NCBI GenBank assembly: GCA_024234165.1 | Contig: JACKOP010000001.1 | Location: forward strand, 533,707 to 597,706 | Direction of reading: 5' to 3' | Source: Pseudomonadales bacterium | GTDB lineage: Bacteria > Pseudomonadota > Gammaproteobacteria > Pseudomonadales > UBA5518 | Length of the DNA stretch: 64,000 nucleotides | Shown here: positions 1 through 10,148 of the stretch, piece after piece | Position numbering within the stretch: the stretch's first letter is position 1 | Layout: every line of letters begins with the position of its first letter | Position numbers and translations under genes: made by a program | The notes under the pieces: model-generated | Database searches by the model: none | What the model saw: the letters and a program-made list of their open reading frames with translations, nothing else | What the model was told of the DNA's origin: nothing

Positions 1-895
1 CTACCCGAAGAGCGGAGAGCGTGGACGCCCTCCGATCGGACTCGAGCGCATGCTGCGCATGTATGTGGCTCAGAACGCCCCAGGGCTGTCCGACGAAGGT
101 ATCGAGGACGCCATGTACGACAGTGGTTCGGTACGACACTTCGTGGGCGTGGACCTCGCGATCGAGTCGGCTCCTGGATGCCACGACGCTGCTCAAGTTC
201 CGCCGCCTGCTCGAAGCGCATGGGCTGACCCGCAAACTCTTTGGCGCGATCAACGCTCAACTCGAGTCTGTCGGATTGCTGCTGCGTCAGGGGCTCCATC
301 GTCGATGCCACGCTGATCGCGGCTGCCCCTTCGACGAAGAACCGCTCCAGATCGCGTGACCCCGAGATGCATCAATCGAAGAAAGGAAACCCGTGGCATT
401 TCGGCATGAAAGCCCCTGTGAGCGTCGATGCGGACTCTGGCGGGTGCACACGGTGGTGGGCACGGCAGGAACGTGTCCGATGTCACCGTGACCGAGCAGT
501 TGCTGCATGGCGAGGAAGAAGTCGTGTTCGCCGATGCGGGCTACACCGGTGCGCCCAAGCGTGACGGGTTGACCAACAAGGAAGTCGAATGGCAGATCGC
601 CGCCAAGCGTGGTTCGATCAAGAAGCTGCCCGAAGGAAGCCCCTATCGCATGGCCCTCGAGGCATTGGAGAAGGCCAAGGCCAGCATGCGTGCGAAGGTG
701 GAGCATCCGTTCTGCATGGTGAAGAACCTGTTCCGTCACCGCAAGGTGCGTTACAAGAGATTGGCGAAGAACGAAGCGCAGCTCTTCACGCTGTTCGGGT
801 TGGCGAATCTGATGCTGGCTCGCAGGCATTTTGCGGGCGTATACGGAGAGGTACGTCTTGAAAACGGGAAATCGGGAGAAAACCTCCCGATTTGA
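1..895 (+). pseudogene. IS5-a transposase, frameshifted and 5'-truncated
   Basis: The 333-aa protein of copy B is spread over at least 3 frames here (track ORFs 21-359, 50-316, 241-564, 428-895). Confidence 0.85.
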
Positions 896-1018
896 GGTGA
901 AAATGGGCTGATTTCGTCAGTTTCAGGTGAAGAAACGGCAGCCAGCGCAAAAATTCGCGTTGATGGCAATAGTTTTCGCTTTGAGTCGACGGATTTCATG
1001 GATAGATCAGCGCTTCCC
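1..1018 (+). mobile_element. IS5-family element IS5-a, copy A (left part cut by window edge, degenerate)
   Basis: Bases 1-1018 align to about 7327-8345 of intact copy B with several indels. Same right terminus gatagatcagcgcttccc. Confidence 0.85.
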
Positions 1019-1036
1019 TAGCATCTATACGCTAAA

Positions 1037-3361
1037 CTACATTGCCAAACGCAACCCAATCCAGGCTGCTCGCGGAGCGCCAACACCGATGAACCGGGCG
1101 TTTTTGTTTTCTTTCAACCCCAGTCTTTGTAATACTTCACCGGTTTCGGCCCAGGCACCGAAGTTGGCGTAATCGCGGTCGAATAAGTTGTTGATTCGAC
1201 CGAAGAAGACTACATGTTTGTTGAAGCGGAATTCGCTGCGTAGATTGAAAATGACGAAAGCTGGGATCTTGGGGGTCAGGTTGGCTTCGTCGCCACGCAA
1301 GTATTGCGAACTGTTGTAGTTGATGTCGAATCCAAATGTCCATTTTGGAGCAATATCATAGTCCGCGCTGAACTTGGCCTGATGCGCGGGGATACTAGGA
1401 ATTTTGCTGCCGGGGCGAACTTGCGTGACGCCATCCACCGCATTAGGGTGAGCACTGTTCGGACTGCCAAAGGTGGATTGGTAAGTGGCATCGATGAAGG
1501 TATAATTGGCCGTCCAGCGCATGCGATCATCGAAAAACAAACCTGATAGACCCGCTTCCACGCCCTGACGCTGGGTTTTACCGACATTTTCGAAATACCC
1601 CATGCCGTTGACGGCACCGTTACCCTGCCAAAGAATGTCGTTTTTGTTGATGGCATGAAAAAAACCGGCGTTCCAATGTATGCGACCAAACGGTAGGTGT
1701 TTCAAATAGCCGCGAAAACCCGCTTCCCAGCTATTGACTACTACCTGTTCCAATGGTGGATCGGCCACGAAGGCATTCGGTAGTTTACAAGGATTGTTTG
1801 AGTCCGCACAGCTCAACTCCATTGGGGTCGGTACCCTAGACGATTCACTATAGTTACCATAAAACGTCAGCTCAGGCATGAACGCATAGATCAAACCAGC
1901 AGCCAGATTGATACGGTTGAAGGTGTGATAGCCAGTCAGATTCTCATCTGGATCGTCGCCCGGAAATTGATCTTTCAACTCCAGATGCGTTATGTTGTAG
2001 CGACCAGAAGCGGTCACATCCAATTTATTGGTTACGGATAGGTTCTCGATCAGGAATACGCCGTAATTATTGGTCTCGGTATTCAAACGTACTCGAGATT
2101 CCTGCAGTAACACGCCGCCCGCTCTGACACCGCGATCACTAGTCAAGTTACCCAGCTCGGTATCGGCACGATAATGTGTCGTACTGTAATCATAACTGAT
2201 CCCGCCGATCAACCGGTTGTTCATTTCCAAAATCTTGTGATGAAAAACGTTTTGCAACACAAAACCGAAGGATTGTTGCTTGGTTTCCGACGTGTTGATG
2301 GAGCCGCCTTCCAATGACTCGTCTTCTAACACCCAATTACCGTCCGTCGCCACCAAAGGCTCGTCACCTTCACACAAAAATTCGATTCGATCGATCTCGC
2401 AACCATCAAATTCGCTGCCATCGCCGTTATAGGTACTGATCTTATTGCGACGGTAATAGGCCATGCCGGACAACTGGCTCTGATCGTTTAACCAGGTATC
2501 GCCGTCCATCGACACCATGAACAAATGGTTACGCGTCAGATCGGGATGGGTAAAGACCTTGTTCCGACCGAAGGCCAGCAACTCTTCGGGAATTGCGCCA
2601 TTACCGCGCAATTCGTTTTCGGTGCCGGCGAAATTCAAATCCAGGCTGGATTGACGACCACGCCAGCTCAAAGTACCGAACCCGCTCTTGACCTCGCTAC
2701 GCGAATGATCGCGCCAACCTTCCTCGAACCAATCATTGAAGTCAGCAAAGTAGCCCCAGGTGCCATTATTCCAGCCACTGCTTAGTTCTTCCGAATGCCT
2801 GTCCCAGGAACCGCCCTGTAGTTCTATTTGATGTTTGGGCGACGAAAAGCCAGTCTTGGTATTAATGGTGATAGCTCCACCCAAGGCGTTCAAACCGAAG
2901 GCTGGGTTGGAAGCGGGCTGCAGGGTCATGTTCTCGATGGCACCCTGTGGAATCAAATCCCAGTTGATCATGTCGCCAAAAGGCTCGTTGAAACGAACGC
3001 CGTTCACATAGACAGCCATACCTGCCGGCAAGCCCATCAGCGACGACGCGCTGAAGCCGCGATATTGAATATCCGGCTGCAAGGGATTGTTTTGCGCATC
3101 GTTGATATTTACGCTACCCATGTAGCGATTCATGTAGTCTGCCAGCGATATTGCCTGTGACCGTTGCAGCCCTTCGGTCGTGGTAGTTTGCACATTAGCG
3201 GGAATTTTGTTGATATTTACACTGCTGGATTGTAACGGTGATACCGTCACTACTTCGATATCCTCCAATGACTCAGCATTACTGATCACTTCTTTCGCGA
3301 TGGTTTCCGGCTGCGGCAATATTACAAACCAGGTTAACAATCCGAAGGCAAATTTCTTCAT
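1037..3361 (-). CDS. TonB-dependent outer-membrane receptor
   Basis: 775-aa ORF with a signal peptide, a plug region (DIEVVTVSP, NVQTTTTEGL, IQYRGF) and a long beta-barrel. Visibly AT-rich compared with its flanks. ATG at 3361 is preceded by aagagg. Confidence 0.85.
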   Translation of the reverse strand: MKKFAFGLLTWFVILPQPETIAKEVISNAESLEDIEVVTVSPLQSSSVNINKIPANVQTTTTEGLQRSQAISLADYMNRYMGSVNINDAQNNPLQPDIQYRGFSASSLMGLPAGMAVYVNGVRFNEPFGDMINWDLIPQGAIENMTLQPASNPAFGLNALGGAITINTKTGFSSPKHQIELQGGSWDRHSEELSSGWNNGTWGYFADFNDWFEEGWRDHSRSEVKSGFGTLSWRGRQSSLDLNFAGTENELRGNGAIPEELLAFGRNKVFTHPDLTRNHLFMVSMDGDTWLNDQSQLSGMAYYRRNKISTYNGDGSEFDGCEIDRIEFLCEGDEPLVATDGNWVLEDESLEGGSINTSETKQQSFGFVLQNVFHHKILEMNNRLIGGISYDYSTTHYRADTELGNLTSDRGVRAGGVLLQESRVRLNTETNNYGVFLIENLSVTNKLDVTASGRYNITHLELKDQFPGDDPDENLTGYHTFNRINLAAGLIYAFMPELTFYGNYSESSRVPTPMELSCADSNNPCKLPNAFVADPPLEQVVVNSWEAGFRGYLKHLPFGRIHWNAGFFHAINKNDILWQGNGAVNGMGYFENVGKTQRQGVEAGLSGLFFDDRMRWTANYTFIDATYQSTFGSPNSAHPNAVDGVTQVRPGSKIPSIPAHQAKFSADYDIAPKWTFGFDINYNSSQYLRGDEANLTPKIPAFVIFNLRSEFRFNKHVVFFGRINNLFDRDYANFGAWAETGEVLQRLGLKENKNARFIGVGAPRAAWIGLRLAM

Positions 3362-3364
3362 CAA

Positions 3365-3449
3365 AACCTCTTGTAAAACGCATGAGGTAGCGTGGTTTTT
3401 TGTAAAGGCGTGCGAGAAGGAAAGGAGCGTGGGCGACCATTTCTAACAT
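3365..3449 (+). mobile_element. Diverged terminal fragment of an IS-X-like element
   Basis: cctcttgtaaaacgcatgaggtagcgtgg... parallels the transposase-proximal end of IS-X (33336-33425), roughly four fifths identical by eye. Confidence 0.7.
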
Positions 3450-3707
3450 GGCGCATTTGTGCAAGTTGGTGGCGATATAAACGCATCCCACGGCTGGCAC
3501 ATGCCGAGACAGCGGACACTCATCGGGCGGGCTTCTCGTGAAGGCGGTTTGAAAAACGGGAGAAACGAACGCAAAAAACCCGATATCCCGAGGCCGAAAT
3601 CGGCCTCTCGAATCGCGCTGGATGACGACTCAACCACCGATAGCGAGGGTGAGTTGTTCAAAAATATCCTCCGCCGAAGAATTGTGGGTAGGTAACACGG
3701 ATTCAGG
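3450..3707 (+). mobile_element. Solo 3'-terminal fragment of the IS1380-family element
   Basis: Aligns to 28113-28379, the right end of the complete copy. Ends with the same terminus ggtaacacg.attcagg. Confidence 0.8.
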
Positions 3708-3726
3708 CGACCCAGCGCCATATCAT

Positions 3727-3829
3727 TGTCTTGTCTTCCAGTTCCACTGGACCCGCTTGACCCGGTTTTGTGAGAGATCAAACCGGGCCGTGTCGGTCAT
3801 GTCCGGCGGCATAGTCGCCATCTCGCATT
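3727..3829 (-). mobile_element. Terminal fragment of IS3-family element IS3-Y
   Basis: tgtcttgtcttccagttccactggacccgcttgacc... matches 14389-14491 of the full element including its terminal TGTCTTGCC inverted repeat. Confidence 0.75.
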
Positions 3830-3931
3830 GATGCCGAACCCATGGCGATACTCCTCCAACACCACTTCGTTGAAGCAGAGCATCGCGACGGTTCAGACGG
3901 GATAACAGAACGGTGTGGTTTGGACGGTTAC
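3830..3931 (-). mobile_element. IS66 left-end fragment (IR-L plus first codons of tnpA)
   Basis: The reverse complement equals 12058-12160 (gtaaccgtccaaaccac.ccgttctgttatcccgtctgaacc ... atgggttcggcatc). Confidence 0.8.
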
Positions 3932-3984
3932 AGGAGTTAGCCATGAACCTGATCGCTCGGAAACAATGGGGTTGAGGGATCACT

Positions 3985-4025
3985 TACAAATCTGATGCTT
4001 GCCCGCAGGCATTTTGCAGGATCGT
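3985..4025 (+). mobile_element. Short remnant of an IS5-family transposase 3' end
   Basis: acaaatctgatgcttgcccgcaggcattttgcagg parallels gcgaatctgatgctggctcgcaggcattttgcggg of IS5-a (about 8130-8165). Confidence 0.4.
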
Positions 4026-5906
4026 CTACTTACCGTCCACCGCGAACACCAGCAATGCGTTGCCCGGCTTGCCCCAGAACGGTGCGTAGCCGGAATTGAC
4101 GAACAGTCTGCCGTCGGCAAGCACCACGCCGCCCTGCGCCAGCGAACCGCCGCGCGCAATGGTACCGTTGACGGCCGGGTAGTTGCCGTACGTGTCCACA
4201 TCCCAGAGGATGCGGCCACTGGTAGTATCCCACGCACGCAGGTGCGCATCCAGCGATCCTGCGAACACCACCCCCGGGATCACAGTGACCGCCTGCATGA
4301 AGCCTCCGGCGCACTTGTCCTCACCCCAACTGCACGCGGCCGAACCGGGTTGTACGGTATTCCACACAATTTCGCCGCTCGCAATGTCGATGGCTGCGAT
4401 GCCATTCGGCCCAGCATCGGGCGTAGGCACGAGATCGCCAGTGTAGGCGGCGTACACACGTGATGTGTCGGCCGCAGAACCCCACACCAGACCACCGATC
4501 GGAGAGGACTGACCCAGTTTGTGGCTCCACAGCACCGCGCCCGCGCGGTCCGCATCGAGCGCCCACAGCACGCCGGACTTCTGCGGTGCAAGCAACACAC
4601 GGCGGCCGTTGGGCAGCACGCGCAAGATCGGCGGTGCTCCGAAATCCCAATCCCCGCCGAGCGGATCTGGGCAGTTGTGGCCGTCACCTCCGTGGGTGCC
4701 CACACCGCAGCCGCCGATGAAGTTGTCCTTCGACGTGAGTTGTCGGATCCACTTGCGCGCGCCGCTGGAGAGATCGAAGGCGACCACCGCATCGGTACCT
4801 TCGGCGTCGGCATTCGTGTAAGAATTGCCGGTGGCAACGAACACCTCACCGTGTGCGGCATCGATGGTTGGTGGCGACCAGATCGCGCCGCCGGCGGGTC
4901 CAAACCGCGCCTTGCCGGGTTGCGGATTGGGGAACGGCCGCGGCTCGTCAACGACGTAACTCTTCCAGAGCAGTCGACCTGTGCGGGCATCGAGGGCGCT
5001 GAGGCTGCCGCGGAAGGTGCAGCAGGGATAATCTTCCTGCATCGCCAGCCCTTCCTCGCTCGAAGATGCCGTCACATACAGCCGTCCGTCATGAAACACT
5101 GGACTGCCGGTCAGTCGAGTAGCGACGTGGGCATCGATCTTGAACTCCCACCGGTGCTCGCCAGTGCGTGCATCGAGCGCGTGCATTATGCCAGCGTCGT
5201 CACCGATGAAAGCGGTGAACTCTCCGGGGGTCGTCTCGGCGACGACCACGCCGGCGCGGGCCGAACGGCCGAGATCCCGATGCCAGTACATGCACCCGGT
5301 GGCTGCATCAAGCGCCAACACCATACCCGTGTGCGTAGACACGAACACCCTGCCCGCCGCAATTGCTGGTTGCCCATAGACCGTATCGCCGGGATAGGCG
5401 AAGGCCCACACGAGCGCGAGCCGTGGCACCTCGGTAGCCTTCAGGCCGGATGTCGGATGGTAGCGCCCGTTGTCAGGGCGGTAGCCCCAGTTGCGCCAGT
5501 CGTCTGGCTGCAGCACGAAGGGCGGGTTTCTCGCGGCGCAGAGGTTTACCACCGGGTCCGCCGCTGGCGCCGATTCGATCTTGCCGGTCAGGAACAGCGC
5601 CAGCGACTGGCGGTCCGTCAGCGATAGCCCCTGACCCTGCTGCATCATCACGCCGCCGTCCAGCGCGTTGATCACGGTCTCGGGTGAGCGTCCCGCGAGT
5701 TGCAGACGCGTGGGGACGCGCTCTGCGGGTTTATCGTGACACTGTGCACAGCGTGCAGCATAAAGTGCGCCGCCGTGCTCCGTATCAGGCGTAGGATTCA
5801 GCGCGTGCACTGATGCGGCAAACAACCCGAACAGGAGTGCAGCGACTGCGCAGCTTTGAAGCCGTGATCGGCGATCACGCAGGCGGTGCCGTGCGAAAGA
5901 GCTCAT
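4026..5906 (-). CDS. PQQ-dependent dehydrogenase with N-terminal cytochrome c domain (polyvinyl-alcohol-dehydrogenase-like)
   Basis: Signal peptide, CAQCH heme-binding motif, then repeated beta-propeller segments (ALDA.TG...W). Start ATG at 5906 overlaps the GST stop (ATGA). Confidence 0.75.
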   Translation of the reverse strand: MSSFARHRLRDRRSRLQSCAVAALLFGLFAASVHALNPTPDTEHGGALYAARCAQCHDKPAERVPTRLQLAGRSPETVINALDGGVMMQQGQGLSLTDRQSLALFLTGKIESAPAADPVVNLCAARNPPFVLQPDDWRNWGYRPDNGRYHPTSGLKATEVPRLALVWAFAYPGDTVYGQPAIAAGRVFVSTHTGMVLALDAATGCMYWHRDLGRSARAGVVVAETTPGEFTAFIGDDAGIMHALDARTGEHRWEFKIDAHVATRLTGSPVFHDGRLYVTASSSEEGLAMQEDYPCCTFRGSLSALDARTGRLLWKSYVVDEPRPFPNPQPGKARFGPAGGAIWSPPTIDAAHGEVFVATGNSYTNADAEGTDAVVAFDLSSGARKWIRQLTSKDNFIGGCGVGTHGGDGHNCPDPLGGDWDFGAPPILRVLPNGRRVLLAPQKSGVLWALDADRAGAVLWSHKLGQSSPIGGLVWGSAADTSRVYAAYTGDLVPTPDAGPNGIAAIDIASGEIVWNTVQPGSAACSWGEDKCAGGFMQAVTVIPGVVFAGSLDAHLRAWDTTSGRILWDVDTYGNYPAVNGTIARGGSLAQGGVVLADGRLFVNSGYAPFWGKPGNALLVFAVDGK

Positions 5907-6508
5907 GCTAGGCCTTCCTCGCGCAGCGCCTGCTGTACCGCAGGCCGTGCGCCGATGCTTGTCTGGTACGTTTGTAGCGTTGGCCAGCAACCGAGATCCA
6001 ATCCGCCGTAATCGCACCAGCCGAGCATCGTGAACAAGTAGCAATCGGCCAGCGTGAAGGTGTTGCCGCTCAGGAAAGGAGACTGTTCGAGCGCTGCAGT
6101 GATGTGCGCGAAGTGCTTGCCGATCTGGGCGCGAACCGTGTCCTTGAACGCATCTGGTGCCGCCGGATTCATCAGTACGCTGAAGGACTTGTGCACGTCG
6201 GATGCGAGGTAGTTCAACCACTCAAGGACGCGGTAGTGCGCCAGCGTGTGCCCGACGGGAAGCAGCGGTGATGCGGGAGAGCGATCCACGATGTACTGCA
6301 TGATCACTGCAGCCTCGGTGATCACAGAGCCGTCGTCAAGTTGCAGCGCCGGTAGCGCACCCTTCGGGTTGAGCGCCAGATAGTCCTCGCCGTATTCGGT
6401 CTTCTTGGTGAACAAGTCGGTGCGCACCAGTTCGCAGGTCATTCCAGTCTCGCATACCGCGATGTGGGGGGCGAGCGAACACGAGCCGGGGTACCAGTAG
6501 AGTTTCAT
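5903..6508 (-). CDS. Glutathione S-transferase (beta-class-like)
   Basis: MKLYWYPGSCSLAPHIAV... N-terminus is typical of bacterial GSTs. gaggaaag lies upstream of the ATG at 6508. Confidence 0.8.
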   Translation of the reverse strand: MKLYWYPGSCSLAPHIAVCETGMTCELVRTDLFTKKTEYGEDYLALNPKGALPALQLDDGSVITEAAVIMQYIVDRSPASPLLPVGHTLAHYRVLEWLNYLASDVHKSFSVLMNPAAPDAFKDTVRAQIGKHFAHITAALEQSPFLSGNTFTLADCYLFTMLGWCDYGGLDLGCWPTLQTYQTSIGARPAVQQALREEGLA

Positions 6509-6562
6509 GGAACGACTTTCCTCAAAGGTAAAAAAGATAAGTAGTTGGCCCTGCAAAATTCC

Positions 6563-7090
6563 TCACACGTCCGTTGTCCGTTTTTCAGCCCAACGCGGAT
6601 AGCGTAGCAAGGGTGTTGATCCGCACGTTGTCTGCAAGATCAGCATCCTAAACATGCCCATCAGGCTGTTTACCACCCGAAGCGCCGCCAACCACCAGAC
6701 GTAAAAAAGCCGTTTGATGAGCTCGCCCCACTGGTACAAATCTTGTGGCTTCTTCGGGTTCGGCACGTCACATCGTACTTCGCTTTGAGCGATCGCTCGA
6801 AAGCGCAGTGTCCGGCCGGGATCTGCATCAGCAGATCCTCAGGCAAGTGCTGTTCGAGCACCGCAGCGGGTAGCATCAGATCGATCTCGAAGGCCTAGCC
6901 GCCGATGTATTGGCGCAACCAGCGGATGTCGGCCGCGATCTGCTCGGGCGTGTGCATCGCCACGCCGAGCACTGCGAAGCCACCCGCGTTGATGTCCGCT
7001 GCAGCCAGTCCTTGCAATGCATAACGCCACCACCGGGTATTCGATTCCGAGTCGCTCCCACAGTACCGTGTGCAATGGGGACTGCTTCAT
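6563..7090 (-). pseudogene. Nitronate monooxygenase-like gene, frameshifted with an internal stop
   Basis: N-terminus MKQSPLHTVLWERLGIEYPVV, then the LAAADINAGGFAVLGVAMHTPEQIAADIRWLRQYIGG motif appears only in another frame and ends in a stop. Confidence 0.6.
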
Positions 7091-7104
7091 GGTCGCGATC
7101 TCTA

Positions 7105-8345
7105 GGGAGAAACAGATTTATTCGACACTCGAGCAGCACGCGCGAGCGTTGGATCATCGATAATACGCACATCACGCAGCAGCACGGTGTTCTCCCTCAT
7201 GAAGCAGATCAGTTTCTCGGATGCAGAGTTCGCGGCGAAGAAAAAAGTCACGCGCCGTGAACGCTTTCTGACGGAGCTTGATCGCCTGGTGCCGTGGCGT
7301 GTGCTGGTTGCACTCATCGAGCCGTACTACCCGAAGAGCGGAGAGCGTGGACGCCCTCCGATCGGACTCGAGCGCATGCTGCGCATGTATGTGGCTCAGA
7401 ACGCCCTGGGGCTGTCCGACGAAGGTATCGAGGACGCCATGTACGACAGTGGTTCGGTACGACACTTCGTGGGCGTGGACCTCGCGATCGAGTCGGCTCC
7501 CGATGCCACGACGCTGCTCAAGTTCCGCCGCCTGCTCGAAGCGCATGGGCTGACCCGCAAACTCTTTGGCGCGATCAACGCTCAACTCGAGTCTGTCGGA
7601 TTGCTGCTGCGTCAGGGCTCCATCGTCGATGCCACGCTGATCGCGGCTGCCCCTTCGACGAAGAACCGCTCCAGATCGCGTGACCCCGAGATGCATCAAT
7701 CGAAGAAAGGAAACCCGTGGCATTTCGGCATGAAAGCCCCTGTGAGCGTCGATGCGGACTCTGGCCTGGTGCACACGGTGGTGGGCACGGCAGGAAACGT
7801 GTCCGATGTCACCGTGACCGAGCAGTTGCTGCATGGCGAGGAAGAAGTCGTGTTCGCCGATGCGGGCTACACCGGTGCGCCCAAGCGTGACGGGTTGACC
7901 AACAAGGAAGTCGAATGGCAGATCGCCGCCAAGCGTGGTTCGATCAAGAAGCTGCCCGAAGGAAGCCCCTATCGCATGGCCCTCGAGGCATTGGAGAAGG
8001 CCAAGGCCAGCATGCGTGCGAAGGTGGAGCATCCGTTCTGCATGGTGAAGAACCTGTTCCGTCACCGCAAGGTGCGTTACAAGGGATTGGCGAAGAACGA
8101 AGCGCAGCTCTTCACGCTGTTCGGGTTGGCGAATCTGATGCTGGCTCGCAGGCATTTTGCGGGCGTATACGGGAGAGGTACGTCTTGAAAACGGGAAATC
8201 GGGAGAAAACCTCCCGATTTGAGGTGAAAATGGGCTGATTTCGTCAGTTTCAGGTGAAGAAACGGCAGCCAGCGCAAAAATTCGCGTTGATGGCAATAGT
8301 TTTCGCTTTGAGTCGACGGATTTCATGGATAGATCAGCGTTTCCC
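7105..8345 (+). mobile_element. IS5-family element IS5-a, copy B (intact)
   Basis: 1.24 kb. Ends gggagaaacagatttat / gatagatcagcgtttccc form imperfect inverted repeats flanked by TA. Boundaries are good to about 5 bp. Confidence 0.85.
7187..8188 (+). CDS. IS5-family DDE transposase
   Basis: 333 aa with a DUF772-like N-terminus (RGRPPIGLERMLRMYV..NALGLSDE), DATLI, DAGY and a C-terminal KVEHPF...VRYKGL..N motif. Confidence 0.9.
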   Translation: MFSLMKQISFSDAEFAAKKKVTRRERFLTELDRLVPWRVLVALIEPYYPKSGERGRPPIGLERMLRMYVAQNALGLSDEGIEDAMYDSGSVRHFVGVDLAIESAPDATTLLKFRRLLEAHGLTRKLFGAINAQLESVGLLLRQGSIVDATLIAAAPSTKNRSRSRDPEMHQSKKGNPWHFGMKAPVSVDADSGLVHTVVGTAGNVSDVTVTEQLLHGEEEVVFADAGYTGAPKRDGLTNKEVEWQIAAKRGSIKKLPEGSPYRMALEALEKAKASMRAKVEHPFCMVKNLFRHRKVRYKGLAKNEAQLFTLFGLANLMLARRHFAGVYGRGTS

Positions 8346-8358
8346 TAACGCTGCGACA

Positions 8359-9141
8359 TCAGCCGTTGAAACGCGGCGGGCGTTTCTCGATGAACGCGCG
8401 CGTGGCCTCGGCGAAATCGGGGCCTTTCATCAGCCGCTCCTCAACCTCGGTCTCGCGCCATAATACCTTGTGGCCGTCGGCCTCGCACATGTTGTCCCAC
8501 ACCAGTTGTTTTGTCGCGATCAGCGACGACACCGGATGTGCTGCGATTTCGGTGGCAAGCGCCACCGCCGCATCCAACAGCTCTTCGTGCGGCACCACGT
8601 CGGTGACCAGGCCGATACGTTCGGCTTCGCGCGCATCAATGCGCCGCGCTGTGAGCTGCAGCCGCAACGCGTGCGCCAACCCCACCATCTGCACCAGCAG
8701 CCGACTGCTGCCCATGTCTGGCATCAACCCCATGCGCACGTGACGCTCCTCGAACTGCGCCCGATCAGAGGCGATGCGCACGTCGCACGACAGGATCAGC
8801 GTGATGCCGCCGCCAACCGCCAACCCATTCACCGCCACCACCACCGGCTTCGATTCGCGCATCATCTCCAGCCAGCGCAGTTGTGAGCGATAATTCATCG
8901 GCTCGCCGTTCGGCGGTGGTTCGGGATCCTCCCAGTCCTGCACGTCAAGTCCGGCGCAGAACGCGCGTCCCTGTCCGGTCAACACAATCACGCCGACGCT
9001 GCTGTCGCGATTGTAGCGCTCAAACACGTCGTAGAGCTCGTGCACCAGCTGCATGCTCAAGGCATTCAGCCGCTCGGGGCGGTTCAGCGTCACGATAGCT
9101 ACGCGCCCACGTTGTTCAGTCAATATAGTTTGGTATGTCAT
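8359..9141 (-). CDS. Enoyl-CoA hydratase/isomerase family protein
   Basis: RVAIVTLNRPERLNAL, GQGRAFCAGLD and AVNGLAVGGG motifs. gggaggg lies upstream of the ATG at 9141. Confidence 0.85.
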   Translation of the reverse strand: MTYQTILTEQRGRVAIVTLNRPERLNALSMQLVHELYDVFERYNRDSSVGVIVLTGQGRAFCAGLDVQDWEDPEPPPNGEPMNYRSQLRWLEMMRESKPVVVAVNGLAVGGGITLILSCDVRIASDRAQFEERHVRMGLMPDMGSSRLLVQMVGLAHALRLQLTARRIDAREAERIGLVTDVVPHEELLDAAVALATEIAAHPVSSLIATKQLVWDNMCEADGHKVLWRETEVEERLMKGPDFAEATRAFIEKRPPRFNG

Positions 9142-9167
9142 CGTCCGCCCTCCCGTCGATTCCTTAT

Positions 9168-10127
9168 TCAGGCCGCGCCGAAACGCTCGCCCACCATCGC
9201 TTCCGAAGCCGTCCACAACCCGAGCGCCATCGCGCCATCGAGTGCGTAGGATTTCACGCCCTCGGCCGAACCTCTTGCGTCGTTGATCGCCGCGACATGG
9301 CAATCCTCGAGATAACAGCCACCACGCCCCGCCAGCTCCGGCGCCGTTGCCGCATACACTGTCGTAGCCGCTCCCTCGGCCACGGTCTTGCGCTGTAGCT
9401 TGCCACCCGGGCTGTGAGCATCAACTGCCGCGAGCTCGGCAGCGTCCAGATGGCGATTGAGCTCGGTCGGGATCGCGCCCGGATGAACCGCGTAGGCATG
9501 CACGCCATCAGGGCCGAAGCGACGGTCAAACTCCACCGCGAACAGCACATTCGCCGTCTTCGACTGCCCGTAGGCGATCCACGCGTTGTACGCTCGACGC
9601 TCGAAGTTGAGGTCGTCAAGCTGCACACCGCAGACGCGGTGCCCGATCGAGCTGAGCGCCACTACCCTGCTCGGTGCCGCCCGCAGCAGCGACGGCAGCA
9701 GCAGCCCGGCCAGCAGGAAATGCCCCAGATGATTGCTCGCAAGCTGCATCTCAAAACCCTCGACCGTGCGCTCTAGCGGGCACGCCATGATGCCTGCATT
9801 GTTGATCAGCAAATGGATCGCCAGATGCCTCCGCAGCAGTCGCGCAGCGCAGGCGCGAACGCTCGCCAGCGATGCCAGGTCGAGTCGTTCGAACTCAAGC
9901 GCCTCGCTCCCAGTGGCTACGCGAATCCGCTCCAGTGCCACACTCGCCTTCTGCTCGTTGCGCGCAGCTACCACCACGTGCGCCCCAGCAGCCGCCAGCG
10001 CGCGCGCGGTTTCCTCACCGAGCCCACCGGAGGCGCCAGTGACCACTGCCACCCGCCCCCTCAGATTGATACCCTGCAACACCTCATCGGTGGTCGATCT
10101 AGCACCGAAACACCTGTTCCCGCTCAT
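9168..10127 (-). CDS. Short-chain dehydrogenase/reductase (retinol-dehydrogenase-like)
   Basis: VAVVTGASGGLG, NNAG and YGQSK motifs. ggagg lies 8 nt upstream of the ATG at 10127. Confidence 0.85.
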   Translation of the reverse strand: MSGNRCFGARSTTDEVLQGINLRGRVAVVTGASGGLGEETARALAAAGAHVVVAARNEQKASVALERIRVATGSEALEFERLDLASLASVRACAARLLRRHLAIHLLINNAGIMACPLERTVEGFEMQLASNHLGHFLLAGLLLPSLLRAAPSRVVALSSIGHRVCGVQLDDLNFERRAYNAWIAYGQSKTANVLFAVEFDRRFGPDGVHAYAVHPGAIPTELNRHLDAAELAAVDAHSPGGKLQRKTVAEGAATTVYAATAPELAGRGGCYLEDCHVAAINDARGSAEGVKSYALDGAMALGLWTASEAMVGERFGAA

Positions 10128-10148
10128 AAGTGCCTCCACCTGTCTCCA

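Noticed and set aside
4026-6221. 731-aa version of the PQQ dehydrogenase ORF
   Set aside because: The first 105 codons overlap the GST gene in another frame and lack a signal peptide. The ATG at 5906 gives a proper signal sequence and an ATGA coupling to the GST gene.
6876-7175. Shared N-terminus MMCVLSMIQRSRVLLECRINLFL on two minus-strand ORFs (6876-7175 and 10149-10727), which could look like a conserved domain
   Set aside because: Both ORFs simply start inside the left end of IS5-a copies B and C. The shared peptide is antisense IS sequence, not part of the genes.
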